Below are positions 1 through 7,845 of a stretch of 64,000 nucleotides of DNA, piece by piece. The stretch spans positions 30,417 to 94,416 of the forward strand of contig JBBSJQ010000016.1 of assembly GCA_038257095.1 (NCBI GenBank). The letters run 5' to 3'. Source of the stretch: Solirubrobacterales bacterium. Lineage in GTDB: Bacteria > Actinomycetota > Thermoleophilia > Solirubrobacterales > Solirubrobacteraceae. The position numbers were made by a program, and so were the translations under genes. Positions within the stretch are counted from its first letter, which is position 1, and the number at the start of each line of letters is the position of its first letter. The notes under the pieces were generated by a model. That model saw only the letters and a list, made by a program, of their open reading frames with translations. It was not told where the DNA came from and ran no database searches.

Positions 1-2169
1 GGCCGCGCGCGTCGTGTCGCCGGAGGCCGCAGAGACTCGGACACGCACGCCGTTCAGCACGGACATCGCCGCGAGTGGCTCAAGCGACCCCGGGCCCGCG
101 GCAGCCAGCACGTTGTAGTTCGCGCCGCCTGTCTCGTTCGCGCGCGTCCAGCCACCCGAGCCAGAGTGTCCCCACGCGTGCGGCAAGCAGACCGCCCCCG
201 GCATGACCTCGTCGGCGAGAGCCAGCGGCGCGACGACCGAGCCGGTCCGGGACGTGATCCGGACGTCGGCGCCTGCCGCCAGACCGAGCTGCTCCGCGTC
301 ATGCGGATGCATCAGGAGGCCAGGCGGAAGCTTCTTCGGGTTCAGCTTGGGGGAGTTGTGCATCCACGAGTTGATCGAGCGGAGCTCGCGGCGACCGAAC
401 AGGCGCATCGGGAACTCGGGGTCGTCGCGCTGCGTCCCAAGACGCGTCATCTCCGCAAGGATCTCCGGCGCCCCGAGATAGACCCTGCCGTCCTCGTGCA
501 CGACCTTCTTGCCGAGAACACCGGTCGGGACATGCGGAGCGAGTTGCACGCCGCGGGGCTGCTCGAGCAGCTTCTTGCGATTGAGCCCCTTCCGTCGGAG
601 CCCGAAGCGATCACCGTGGTCGCCGGTGCGAAGCATCACGTCGAACATGAACGCCGGAGTGACGCGCCGTCCGAGCCGTCCGAGCCGTCGGACTTGCGGC
701 GCACTCGACGGGACCAGGCCCACGCGAGCGCAGATGTCCCGGATCACCGTCCACTCCTCGCGCGCCTCGCCCCGCGGAGCGACGGCCGCTTCGGTCCACT
801 GCAGATACGGTCGGTACTGGTACTGGAGCACGAAGAGGTTCGCGTCCTCACGCTCGAGGAACGTCGTCGCGGGAAGGATGAAGTCGGCCTTGCTGTTGCT
901 CTCGTTGCGGTAGAGGTCCATCGCGACCATCAGGTCGAGTTCGCCGAGAGCGGCATCGAGCGCGCGGCTGTCCGGGACGCTCAGTGCCGGGTTCCCGGCC
1001 TGCACGAACAGCGCGCGTAGCTGCCCCTGCCCCGGCGTCCGGATCTCGTCAGCCATGATCCCGGCCGGCATGAGACCCAGCACGTCCGGATAGTCACCGA
1101 TGCGTGAGCGCTTCGCGCCGTACGTGTCGAGCCCCTGCCGCCGACCCGCCTCGAGCAGATCGATGGGCGGATCGGCGAACACCGCGCCGCCGGGCCGGTC
1201 GAGGTTCCCCGTGACCACGTTCAGCGCATCGAGGAGGAAGTTCACGAGCGTCGCAAAGCTGCCCAGACACGCACCGACCCGGCCATAGACCGCTGCGCTT
1301 GGGGCCCCGGCCAGATCTCGTGCGAGCGCCCGGATCGTGTCGGCCGAAACGCCCGATCCCTCGGCACACAGCTCGGGCGCGAAGGGTGCGACCGCGGCCC
1401 GCAAAGCTTCTGCGCCGCGGGCGGTCGCGACGGCGTCGGCGTCCTCGAGCTGCTCGTCGAAGATCACGTTGAGCATGCCGAGCAGCAGCCATGCATCACC
1501 GTCCGGACGCACGGCGACGTGCTCGTACCGGGCGGCCGTCTCCGTCCGCCGGGGATCGACGACGATGACCCGGCCCCCGCGGGCGACGACATCCTTGAGG
1601 TCATCCCGGATCAGGCCTCCTGCGACGAGTGACCCGTGTGAGACGAGAGGGTTTGCGCCGAGCATGAGCAACAGATCGGTCCGCGGGATGTCGGGAATCG
1701 GCACGCGGTAGCCGGTCCCGTAGAGGAAGTGCGAGGCCACGAACCTGCTGTTCGTATCCTGCGAGCCGGACGAGTAGACGTGCGGCGTGTCGAGCGCGTC
1801 GGCGAACCCCTTGATCCAGGCCAGCGACGCCCCCGAGAACGCGTTCGGGTTCCCGATGTAGACGCCGACGGAACGGTCACCGTGCTCCGCGCGGACCGCA
1901 GAGAGGCGGTCACCGATCTCGGCGATCGCCGCATCCCACGAGACCTGCTCGAACGTGTCGTCGGCGGTTCGCCGAAGTGGGTGGACAACCCGCTCCGGGT
2001 CGTTCTGCACCTGTGTCATCGCGATGCCTTTCGGGCACGCGAAGCCTGCGGTCACCGGGTGCTCGTCGTCGGGGCGAATCCGGGTGACGACCCCGTCCTC
2101 GACGGTGACCTTGATGCCGCAGAGCGCCTCGCAGATCCGGCAGTACGTGAGGCGGTCGGTTGGGGTCAT
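1..2169 (-). CDS. Molybdopterin-dependent oxidoreductase (formate/nitrate-reductase-like superfamily); 3' end lies beyond the window start
   Basis: Not in ORF track (no in-window stop). Manual minus-strand translation from ATG 2169 stays open for 723 codons to nt 1: MTPTDRLTYCRICEALCGIKV (N-terminal Cys cluster), GANPLVSHGS, FILPATTFLERED, VCLPHAWGH. Confidence 0.85.
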   Translation of the reverse strand, partial: MTPTDRLTYCRICEALCGIKVTVEDGVVTRIRPDDEHPVTAGFACPKGIAMTQVQNDPERVVHPLRRTADDTFEQVSWDAAIAEIGDRLSAVRAEHGDRSVGVYIGNPNAFSGASLAWIKGFADALDTPHVYSSGSQDTNSRFVASHFLYGTGYRVPIPDIPRTDLLLMLGANPLVSHGSLVAGGLIRDDLKDVVARGGRVIVVDPRRTETAARYEHVAVRPDGDAWLLLGMLNVIFDEQLEDADAVATARGAEALRAAVAPFAPELCAEGSGVSADTIRALARDLAGAPSAAVYGRVGACLGSFATLVNFLLDALNVVTGNLDRPGGAVFADPPIDLLEAGRRQGLDTYGAKRSRIGDYPDVLGLMPAGIMADEIRTPGQGQLRALFVQAGNPALSVPDSRALDAALGELDLMVAMDLYRNESNSKADFILPATTFLEREDANLFVLQYQYRPYLQWTEAAVAPRGEAREEWTVIRDICARVGLVPSSAPQVRRLGRLGRRVTPAFMFDVMLRTGDHGDRFGLRRKGLNRKKLLEQPRGVQLAPHVPTGVLGKKVVHEDGRVYLGAPEILAEMTRLGTQRDDPEFPMRLFGRRELRSINSWMHNSPKLNPKKLPPGLLMHPHDAEQLGLAAGADVRITSRTGSVVAPLALADEVMPGAVCLPHAWGHSGSGGWTRANETGGANYNVLAAAGPGSLEPLAAMSVLNGVRVRVSAASGDTTRAA

Positions 2170-2182
2170 TGTCAGACAGTAA
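2166..2182. promoter_or_regulatory. Operator candidate O1 TCATTGTCAGACAGTAA (TGTC-N-GACA palindrome family)
   Basis: AT-rich dyad in the divergent region. It contains the ATG (2169-2167) and a minus-strand TACTGT -10-like hexamer 6 nt upstream of that ATG. Confidence 0.5.
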
Positions 2183-2209
2183 CCCGGAAGAGTCTTTCCG
2201 TGGAAAATT

Positions 2210-2239
2210 TTGACACGCGTCGAATTCGACGGTTACAGT
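2210..2239 (+). promoter_or_regulatory. Sigma-70-type promoter of the FMO operon: TTGACA (2210-2215), 18-nt spacer, TACAGT (2234-2239), ATG 6 nt downstream (leaderless-type)
   Basis: Exact -35 consensus, TANNNT -10, no room for an SD before ATG 2246. Confidence 0.5.
2218..2231. promoter_or_regulatory. Perfect 14-bp palindrome CGTCGAATTCGACG in the promoter spacer; candidate operator of the operon-encoded TetR
   Basis: Read directly from sequence; sits between the -35 and -10 boxes. Confidence 0.4.
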
Positions 2240-2245
2240 CGATCG

Positions 2246-3628
2246 ATGCCACGGAACAGCAGACGCACCCAGCACCCGACCACCGCCGTTATCGGCGCGG
2301 GGATCAGCGGCCTGACGACGGGGAAGAACCTCGGGGACTACGGCATCCCCTACACCTGCTTCGAGACGTCCGACCGGATCGGCGGGAACTGGGCGTTCGG
2401 CAACCCGAACGGGCACTCGAGCGCCTATCGCTCGCTCCACATCGACACGTCCAAGCAGCGCCTCTCCTTCAAAGACCTGCCAATGCCGCAGGACTACCCG
2501 GACTACCCGCACCACTCGCAGATCAAGGAGTACCTCGAGCTCTACGCCGAGACCTTCGGTCTCAAGGAGCGCATCGACTTCGAGAACGGTGTCGTCCGGG
2601 CGAAGCGTCTCGACGGCGGCGGCTGGGACATCGAGACTCAGGACGGGGAGCATCGGAGCTTTGACGCTCTCGTGGTCGCAAACGGCCATCACTGGGATCC
2701 GCGGTACGCGGAGTTCCCCGGCTCCTTCGACGGCGAAACGATTCACTCCCATCACTACATCGATCCGACCCATCCGCTCGACCTGCGCGATAAGCGGATC
2801 CTCGTCGTAGGCATCGGCAACAGCGCGGCGGACATCGTCAGCGAGCTGTCCCAGAAGTCCTGGGGCAACACCGTCACGATCTCAACACGTTCAGGGGCGT
2901 GGATCATGCCCAAGTACATCTTCGGGATGCCCGCGGACCGGATCGCGCAGACGCTCCCGTACGTTCCGCTCAGCTGGCAGCGTCGGGCGCTCCGGCACGC
3001 CCCCAAGCTGCTCACCGGCCGCCCTGAGCGATACGGGCTCCCGAAGCCCAACCACCACTTCCTCGACGCCCACCCCACGCAGTCCAATGACCTGCTGGTG
3101 CGCCTGGGATCCGGAGACCTCACGGCCAAGGGGGACATCGAGCGCCTCGACGGCTCGACGGTCCACTTCGTCGACGGCTCCACCACCGACTTCGACGTGA
3201 TCATCTACGCCACGGGCTACAACATCAGCTTCCCGTTCTTCGACGAAGACTTTCTCAGCGCGCCGGGAAACGATCTCCCGCTCTACAAGCGCATGCTCAA
3301 GCCCGGACTCGACGACCTCGTGTTCGTCGGCTTCGCGCAGGCCCTCCCGACGTTGTTCCCGTTCGTGGAGTGCCAGGCGCGCCTGGCCGCCCGGTACCTG
3401 GGAGGCACGTACCGGCCGCCGGCTGAGAGCGAGATGCTCTCGGCCATCGACACCGACGCAAAGCTGTACGCCGGGCACTTCAGCGACAAGCCCCGTCACA
3501 CGCAGCAGGTCGATTACTTCCACTACGAGCGGCTGATGCGCACGCGGGAGCTCCCCCAGGGGCTCAAGCGCGTCGAGCAGTTCGGACCTGTACAGCTCGA
3601 GGGACGTGCGCAGCTCAGTCATGCGTGA
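2246..3628 (+). CDS. Flavin-containing monooxygenase (class B, FMO-type, possible Baeyer-Villiger activity)
   Basis: ORF 2210..3628. GAGISG FAD fold, FMO fingerprint FDGETIHSHHY (FxGxxxHxxxY), GIGNSAAD NADPH motif, ATGY. Start moved to ATG 2246 because TTG 2210 coincides with the -35 box. Confidence 0.85.
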   Translation: MPRNSRRTQHPTTAVIGAGISGLTTGKNLGDYGIPYTCFETSDRIGGNWAFGNPNGHSSAYRSLHIDTSKQRLSFKDLPMPQDYPDYPHHSQIKEYLELYAETFGLKERIDFENGVVRAKRLDGGGWDIETQDGEHRSFDALVVANGHHWDPRYAEFPGSFDGETIHSHHYIDPTHPLDLRDKRILVVGIGNSAADIVSELSQKSWGNTVTISTRSGAWIMPKYIFGMPADRIAQTLPYVPLSWQRRALRHAPKLLTGRPERYGLPKPNHHFLDAHPTQSNDLLVRLGSGDLTAKGDIERLDGSTVHFVDGSTTDFDVIIYATGYNISFPFFDEDFLSAPGNDLPLYKRMLKPGLDDLVFVGFAQALPTLFPFVECQARLAARYLGGTYRPPAESEMLSAIDTDAKLYAGHFSDKPRHTQQVDYFHYERLMRTRELPQGLKRVEQFGPVQLEGRAQLSHA

Positions 3629-4226
3629 GCGTCCCGAACTGCTCGCCAAGGGCGAGCGCCGGCGCATGGCGCTCCTCGGGGCGCTCGAGGAGCTCCTGCG
3701 GAAGCGACGGCTCGAGGACCTCACCATCGCCGAGATCGCTGCTGCCGCTGGAGTCCAACGCTCCGGCTTCTACTTCTACTTCCCGACGAAGCACGCCGCC
3801 GTCGCCGAACTGCTGCTCGAGTTCGCCGATGAGCTCTTCCTCGCGGGCGAGGAGTTCCTCCACACCAGCGGGGACCCTGCCGCGGCGCTGAGCGACGCGT
3901 TCGAAGGACTCCTCGACGGCTGGACGCGGCACCGGCACCTTCTGAACGCCCTCTTCGACGCCCGCGACGGCGACGGCGACGTCCGGGCCCTCTTCGACGA
4001 GTGGCTGAACCGCTTCGTCGGCCCGGTCGCTGCCCTGATCGCTCGCGAACGCGAGTCGGGAAACGCGCTCGCCGGTCCAGAGCCGACGCTGCTGGCTCGC
4101 CTGCTGCTCACGGTCAACCAGAACGCGCTGGCCGAGCACCTGCGCACACCCAAGGTCTCGGACGCGGAGCTGCGCGATGCGCTGGTCCACGTCTGGATGA
4201 CCACCATCTACGGAGCCCCTCGATGA
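3621..4226 (+). CDS. TetR family transcriptional regulator
   Basis: HTH LTIAEIAAAAGVQRSGFYFYFPTKHAAV. ATG 3621 overlaps the FMO stop by 8 nt. Confidence 0.85.
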   Translation: MRERPELLAKGERRRMALLGALEELLRKRRLEDLTIAEIAAAAGVQRSGFYFYFPTKHAAVAELLLEFADELFLAGEEFLHTSGDPAAALSDAFEGLLDGWTRHRHLLNALFDARDGDGDVRALFDEWLNRFVGPVAALIARERESGNALAGPEPTLLARLLLTVNQNALAEHLRTPKVSDAELRDALVHVWMTTIYGAPR

Positions 4227-5155
4227 CCCAATCCCTCCACCGCTTCTCGTCGTCCGGCGTCAGCTGCGCTGCAACGCTGCACCGCCCGTCACCGTCGACG
4301 TTCACCACCGACGCAGGCGCGCCCTGTGTCGTCATGGGCCACGGCTTCGGCGGGCTCCAGACGTCCGGGCTGCACGAGTTCGCCGCCGCCTTCGCGGACC
4401 ACGGGTTCGCGGCACTCTCCTTCGATTACCGGCACTTCGGTGAAAGCGAGGGCGCCCCGCGCAACGTCGTGAGCGTCCGCAAGCAGCTGGACGACTACCG
4501 CAGCGCTGTCGCCTACGCGCGAACGCTTGGCGGCGTCGATCCGCGGCGGATCGTCGTATGGGGAACCAGCCTCGCCGGCGGGCACGCGATGTCCATCGGA
4601 GCAGAGGACCATCGCGTCGCTGCAGTGATCGCGCTGACGCCGGCGGCAGACGGCGCCGCCGCCATGGTCGACGTCCTGCGTGCGAACGGCCCGCGACCGG
4701 CGTCGAAGCTCATGCGCACGGCCGTGGAAGACGTCGTCGTCGGACGACGAGGAACGAAGGCGCGGTACGTCTCCATCGTCGGCCGCCCCGGTACGGCCGC
4801 TGCCCTGACCGCCCCGGGAGCCCTTGAGGGATACGAGGCGATCGCGGGTCCGGGCTGGCGCAACCAGGTCGCGGCGCGGGCACTGCTGACCGTCGGCCTC
4901 TACCGGCCCGTTCGCGCCGCGTCACGGATCACGGCGCCGACGCTCGTCCAGGTCGCGGATCTGGACCGCACAGCCCCACCCTCAGCCTCGGCCCGGGCGG
5001 GCGAGCGCGCGCGGGCGACGGTGCACCACTACCCGTGTGATCACTTCGACGTCTATCCCGGGCAGAGCGCGTATGAGACCGTCCTGGAGCATCAGCTCAC
5101 GTTCCTGTCGCGGACGTTTAGGGACAAGGCGACCCCGGTCGCGGTCCCGGCATGA
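4223..5155 (+). CDS. Alpha/beta hydrolase (esterase-like)
   Basis: Track ORF 4001..5155 trimmed to ATG 4223 (ATGA overlap with TetR stop). MGHGFGG, nucleophile elbow WGTSLAGGH. Confidence 0.8.
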   Translation: MTQSLHRFSSSGVSCAATLHRPSPSTFTTDAGAPCVVMGHGFGGLQTSGLHEFAAAFADHGFAALSFDYRHFGESEGAPRNVVSVRKQLDDYRSAVAYARTLGGVDPRRIVVWGTSLAGGHAMSIGAEDHRVAAVIALTPAADGAAAMVDVLRANGPRPASKLMRTAVEDVVVGRRGTKARYVSIVGRPGTAAALTAPGALEGYEAIAGPGWRNQVAARALLTVGLYRPVRAASRITAPTLVQVADLDRTAPPSASARAGERARATVHHYPCDHFDVYPGQSAYETVLEHQLTFLSRTFRDKATPVAVPA

Positions 5156-5910
5156 GCTGGCTCGACCACTCCGGCCGGAGGGTCCTCGTCACCGGCGCGG
5201 CGGGCGGCCTCGGCCTCGAGATCGCACGACGCTTCACGGTTGCAGGCGCCTCAGTGGCGATGCTCGACCGCGATCCGGCCGTGCGCTCGGTTGCCGACGA
5301 GATCGGCGCGGTCACGGGACTCGTCGCCGACGTCCAGGACAACGAGGCGACCGTCTTCGCGATCACGCAGTCGGCAGCCGCACTCGGCGGGATCGACGTC
5401 CTCGTCAATAACGCCGGCATCGAGATCGCCGGACCCCTCATGCAGCTCGACGAGGCCGACCTCGCGCGCATCTTCGACGTCAACGTCATGGGCACGTTCC
5501 GGTGCACCCAGGCGGCGCTTTCGTTTCTGACGGAAGCGCAGGATGCAGCGGTCGTGAACATCTCGTCCGCAGCGGGGACGGCGGGCAGCCCGCTGCTCGC
5601 GGGCTACAGCATGGCCAAGGCGGCGGTGATCCGGATGACGGAGGCGCTCGCCTTCGAGATGCGTGAGGCTGAGATCCGATTCAACGCGATCTGCCCGGCG
5701 CTGACCGGTCCGACGCGGATGGTCGACGCCCTCGTCGCGCCGTTCGCGGAGATGGGCCTTCCGCTGGAGATGCTTGTCGCCAAGCAGGGCCGAATGGGTG
5801 AGGCCGGCGAGATCGCCGATCTCGTCACGTTCCTCGCCTCCTCCGATGCCGCGCTCGTGAACGGTGCCCACTATCTGATCGACGGCGGCCTGACCGCAGG
5901 AGTCATGTGA
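5152..5910 (+). CDS. Short-chain dehydrogenase/reductase
   Basis: VTGAAGGLGLEIA, NNAG, YSMAKAA. ATGA overlap with upstream stop. Confidence 0.85.
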   Translation: MSWLDHSGRRVLVTGAAGGLGLEIARRFTVAGASVAMLDRDPAVRSVADEIGAVTGLVADVQDNEATVFAITQSAAALGGIDVLVNNAGIEIAGPLMQLDEADLARIFDVNVMGTFRCTQAALSFLTEAQDAAVVNISSAAGTAGSPLLAGYSMAKAAVIRMTEALAFEMREAEIRFNAICPALTGPTRMVDALVAPFAEMGLPLEMLVAKQGRMGEAGEIADLVTFLASSDAALVNGAHYLIDGGLTAGVM

Positions 5911-6635
5911 TGAAGACACTGGACAACAAGGTGGCGCTCATCACGGGCGGCTCCCGCGGCATCGGAGCGGCGATCGCCACCCGCATGAAGGACGACGGCG
6001 CCACCGTCGTGACGGCGGACCTCGCCGGTGCGGAGATCGATTGCGACGTTCGGGATCCGACGGCGGTGCAGGCGGCTGTAGAGCGTGTGGTCTGCGAGCA
6101 AGGTCGGTTGGACGTCGTCGTCGCCAACGCCGGGGTCTCGGGACCCGTCGCTCCGATCGGTGAGGTCACCTACGAGCAATGGCGCGAGGTGCAGTCGGTC
6201 AACCTCGACGGCGTCTTCCACACCTTCCGCGCAGGCTCGGCCGCGATGGCCGAGAGCGGTGGAGGCGTCCTGCTAGCGGTCGCATCGATCATGGGCATAC
6301 GGCCCGGACCGCTCGCCGGCGCCTACTCGGCGGCGAAGGCCGGAGCGATCAGCCTGGTCCGCTCCTACGCCATCGACATGCGCGCCGCCGGCATTCGGGC
6401 GAACGCAGTCTGCCCCGGCTTCGTGGACACCGACCTCGTCCGCGCCAACCAGGAGGGACTCGAAGACGCACTCGGCCTCGACAGTCTCGACGCGGTTGTC
6501 GATCAGATCCAAGGCCGCATGGCGACGCCACAGGACGTCGCCGCCCTTGCGGCCTTCTTGGCCTCGGACCGAGTGGCGTTCATGAACGGTGGGGTGTACA
6601 CCGTCGACGGCGGTCTGTCCGGCAACCTCGTCTGA
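5907..6635 (+). CDS. Short-chain dehydrogenase/reductase
   Basis: ITGGSRGIGAAIA, NAGV, YSAAKAG. ATGTGA overlap with upstream SDR. Confidence 0.85.
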   Translation: MMKTLDNKVALITGGSRGIGAAIATRMKDDGATVVTADLAGAEIDCDVRDPTAVQAAVERVVCEQGRLDVVVANAGVSGPVAPIGEVTYEQWREVQSVNLDGVFHTFRAGSAAMAESGGGVLLAVASIMGIRPGPLAGAYSAAKAGAISLVRSYAIDMRAAGIRANAVCPGFVDTDLVRANQEGLEDALGLDSLDAVVDQIQGRMATPQDVAALAAFLASDRVAFMNGGVYTVDGGLSGNLV

Positions 6636-6655
6636 CCAGCCTCGCAGGGCGCTGA

Positions 6656-6678
6656 GCGGCGGGCCGGTCGCCCGCCGC
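6656..6678. terminator. GC-rich hairpin (9-bp perfect stem GCGGCGGGC / GCCCGCCGC, 5-nt loop) between convergent genes
   Basis: Read directly; lies between the SDR stop (6635) and ferredoxin stop (6686). No U-tract. Confidence 0.45.
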
Positions 6679-6685
6679 CGATCGG

Positions 6686-6949
6686 CTAGCGGTTCGCGAA
6701 GTACTCGGCGTTGGCCTGCTTGAACTGCGCCCACTCGTCCGGCAACTGGTCCTCGGCGAACGAGGCGTCGACCGGGCACGCCTCGACGCAGGCGTCGCAG
6801 TCGATGCACTCCTCAGGATCGATGTACAGCTGCTCGGCGGTGTCGTAGTCCGGTTCGTCCGGCGTCGGATGGATGCAGTCGACGGGACAGACCTCGACGC
6901 AGGAGTTGTCCTTCGTGCCGATGCACGGCGCTGCGATGACGTACGCCAC
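6686..6949 (-). CDS. 7Fe ferredoxin ([3Fe-4S][4Fe-4S], FdxA-like)
   Basis: VAYVIAAPCIGTKDNSCVEVCPVDCIHP and CIDCDACVEACP cluster motifs. Start set to GTG 6949 behind GAAAGGA; track ORF extends to 7024. Confidence 0.85.
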   Translation of the reverse strand: MAYVIAAPCIGTKDNSCVEVCPVDCIHPTPDEPDYDTAEQLYIDPEECIDCDACVEACPVDASFAEDQLPDEWAQFKQANAEYFANR

Positions 6950-6987
6950 GGGAGGGTCCTTTCGCTGGAAAACGCGGGACGCCCTGA

Positions 6988-7016
6988 GTGTACATCGTGT
7001 CCATACGTCAAGTATG
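6988..7016. repeat. Conserved 29-nt element copy 1: GTGTACATCGTGTCCATACGTCAAGTATG
   Basis: 25/29 identical to 42492-42520. Contains TGTACA and the dyad CATAC-N5-GTATG. Lies 38 nt upstream of the ferredoxin start. Confidence 0.5.
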
Positions 7017-7029
7017 GCTTTCAAGCCGC

Positions 7030-7779
7030 TTAGCGAGGAGCCATCCGAACGGCTCCGTCGAGCCGGACCACCTCGCCGTTCAGCATCTCGTTCTGGACGA
7101 TGTGCAGAACAAGGGCCGCGAACTCCTCCGGGCGTCCGAGCCGGCTCGGCTGCGGGATCGACGCCTCCACTGCGTCAAGCGCCGCCTTGGGGAGATCGGC
7201 GAGGAGAGGCGTGTCGAAGATCCCGGGCGCGACCGCCACGCAGCGGATGCCGTGCTCGCCTAGGTCGCGCGCGACCGGGAGGGTCATGCCGGCGATGGCC
7301 GCCTTGGACGTCGCGTACGCCACCTGCCCGACCTGACCGTCGTATGCCGCCACCGAAGCGGTGTTCACGATGACCCCGCGGCTGTCGCCGACGTACTCGA
7401 GGTTCGCCATCGCCGCAGCCGCAAGCCGCAGGACGTTGAAGGTCCCGACGACGTTGATCTCCAACACTCGAGCGAAATCGCCAAGGTCGTGGGGCACCCC
7501 GCGCCGGAGAACCCGTCCGGCTGTCGCGATGCCGGCGCAGTTGACGACCACGCGCAGCTGGCCGCGCGCGGAGGCGGTCTCGATCGCCGTAGCCACCTGC
7601 TGGCCATCGCGCACGTCGGCCGCGAAAAAGCCGAGTCCGGCGTCCCGGACGCGGGCCTCCGCCTCCGGGAGGTCGAGGACCACGACGTCGGCACCTCTGG
7701 CGGCGAGCGCGTGTGCGACCCCGGCACCAAGGCCGGACGCCCCTCCGGTGACCAGCGCTACGACTCCTGCGACGTCCAT
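7030..7779 (-). CDS. SDR, type-2 3-hydroxyacyl-CoA dehydrogenase (HSD10)-like
   Basis: VTGGASGLGAGVA, NCAGIA, YATSKAAIAGMT, C-terminal NGEVVRLDGAVRM typical of the family. Confidence 0.8.
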   Translation of the reverse strand: MDVAGVVALVTGGASGLGAGVAHALAARGADVVVLDLPEAEARVRDAGLGFFAADVRDGQQVATAIETASARGQLRVVVNCAGIATAGRVLRRGVPHDLGDFARVLEINVVGTFNVLRLAAAAMANLEYVGDSRGVIVNTASVAAYDGQVGQVAYATSKAAIAGMTLPVARDLGEHGIRCVAVAPGIFDTPLLADLPKAALDAVEASIPQPSRLGRPEEFAALVLHIVQNEMLNGEVVRLDGAVRMAPR

Positions 7780-7800
7780 TCGATCCCTTTCGCGGAACTT

Positions 7801-7842
7801 CGTCGACAGGCCCCGGGGAGGGAGACCCGGGGCCCGTCGACG
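7801..7842 (-). terminator. Long hairpin (16-bp arms, one mismatch, 10-nt loop) 3 nt after the flavoprotein stop
   Basis: CGTCGACAGGCCCCGG ggagggagac CCGGGGCCCGTCGACG. No U-tract, so it could equally be an intercistronic attenuator or stabiliser. Confidence 0.4.
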
Positions 7843-7845
7843 GTG

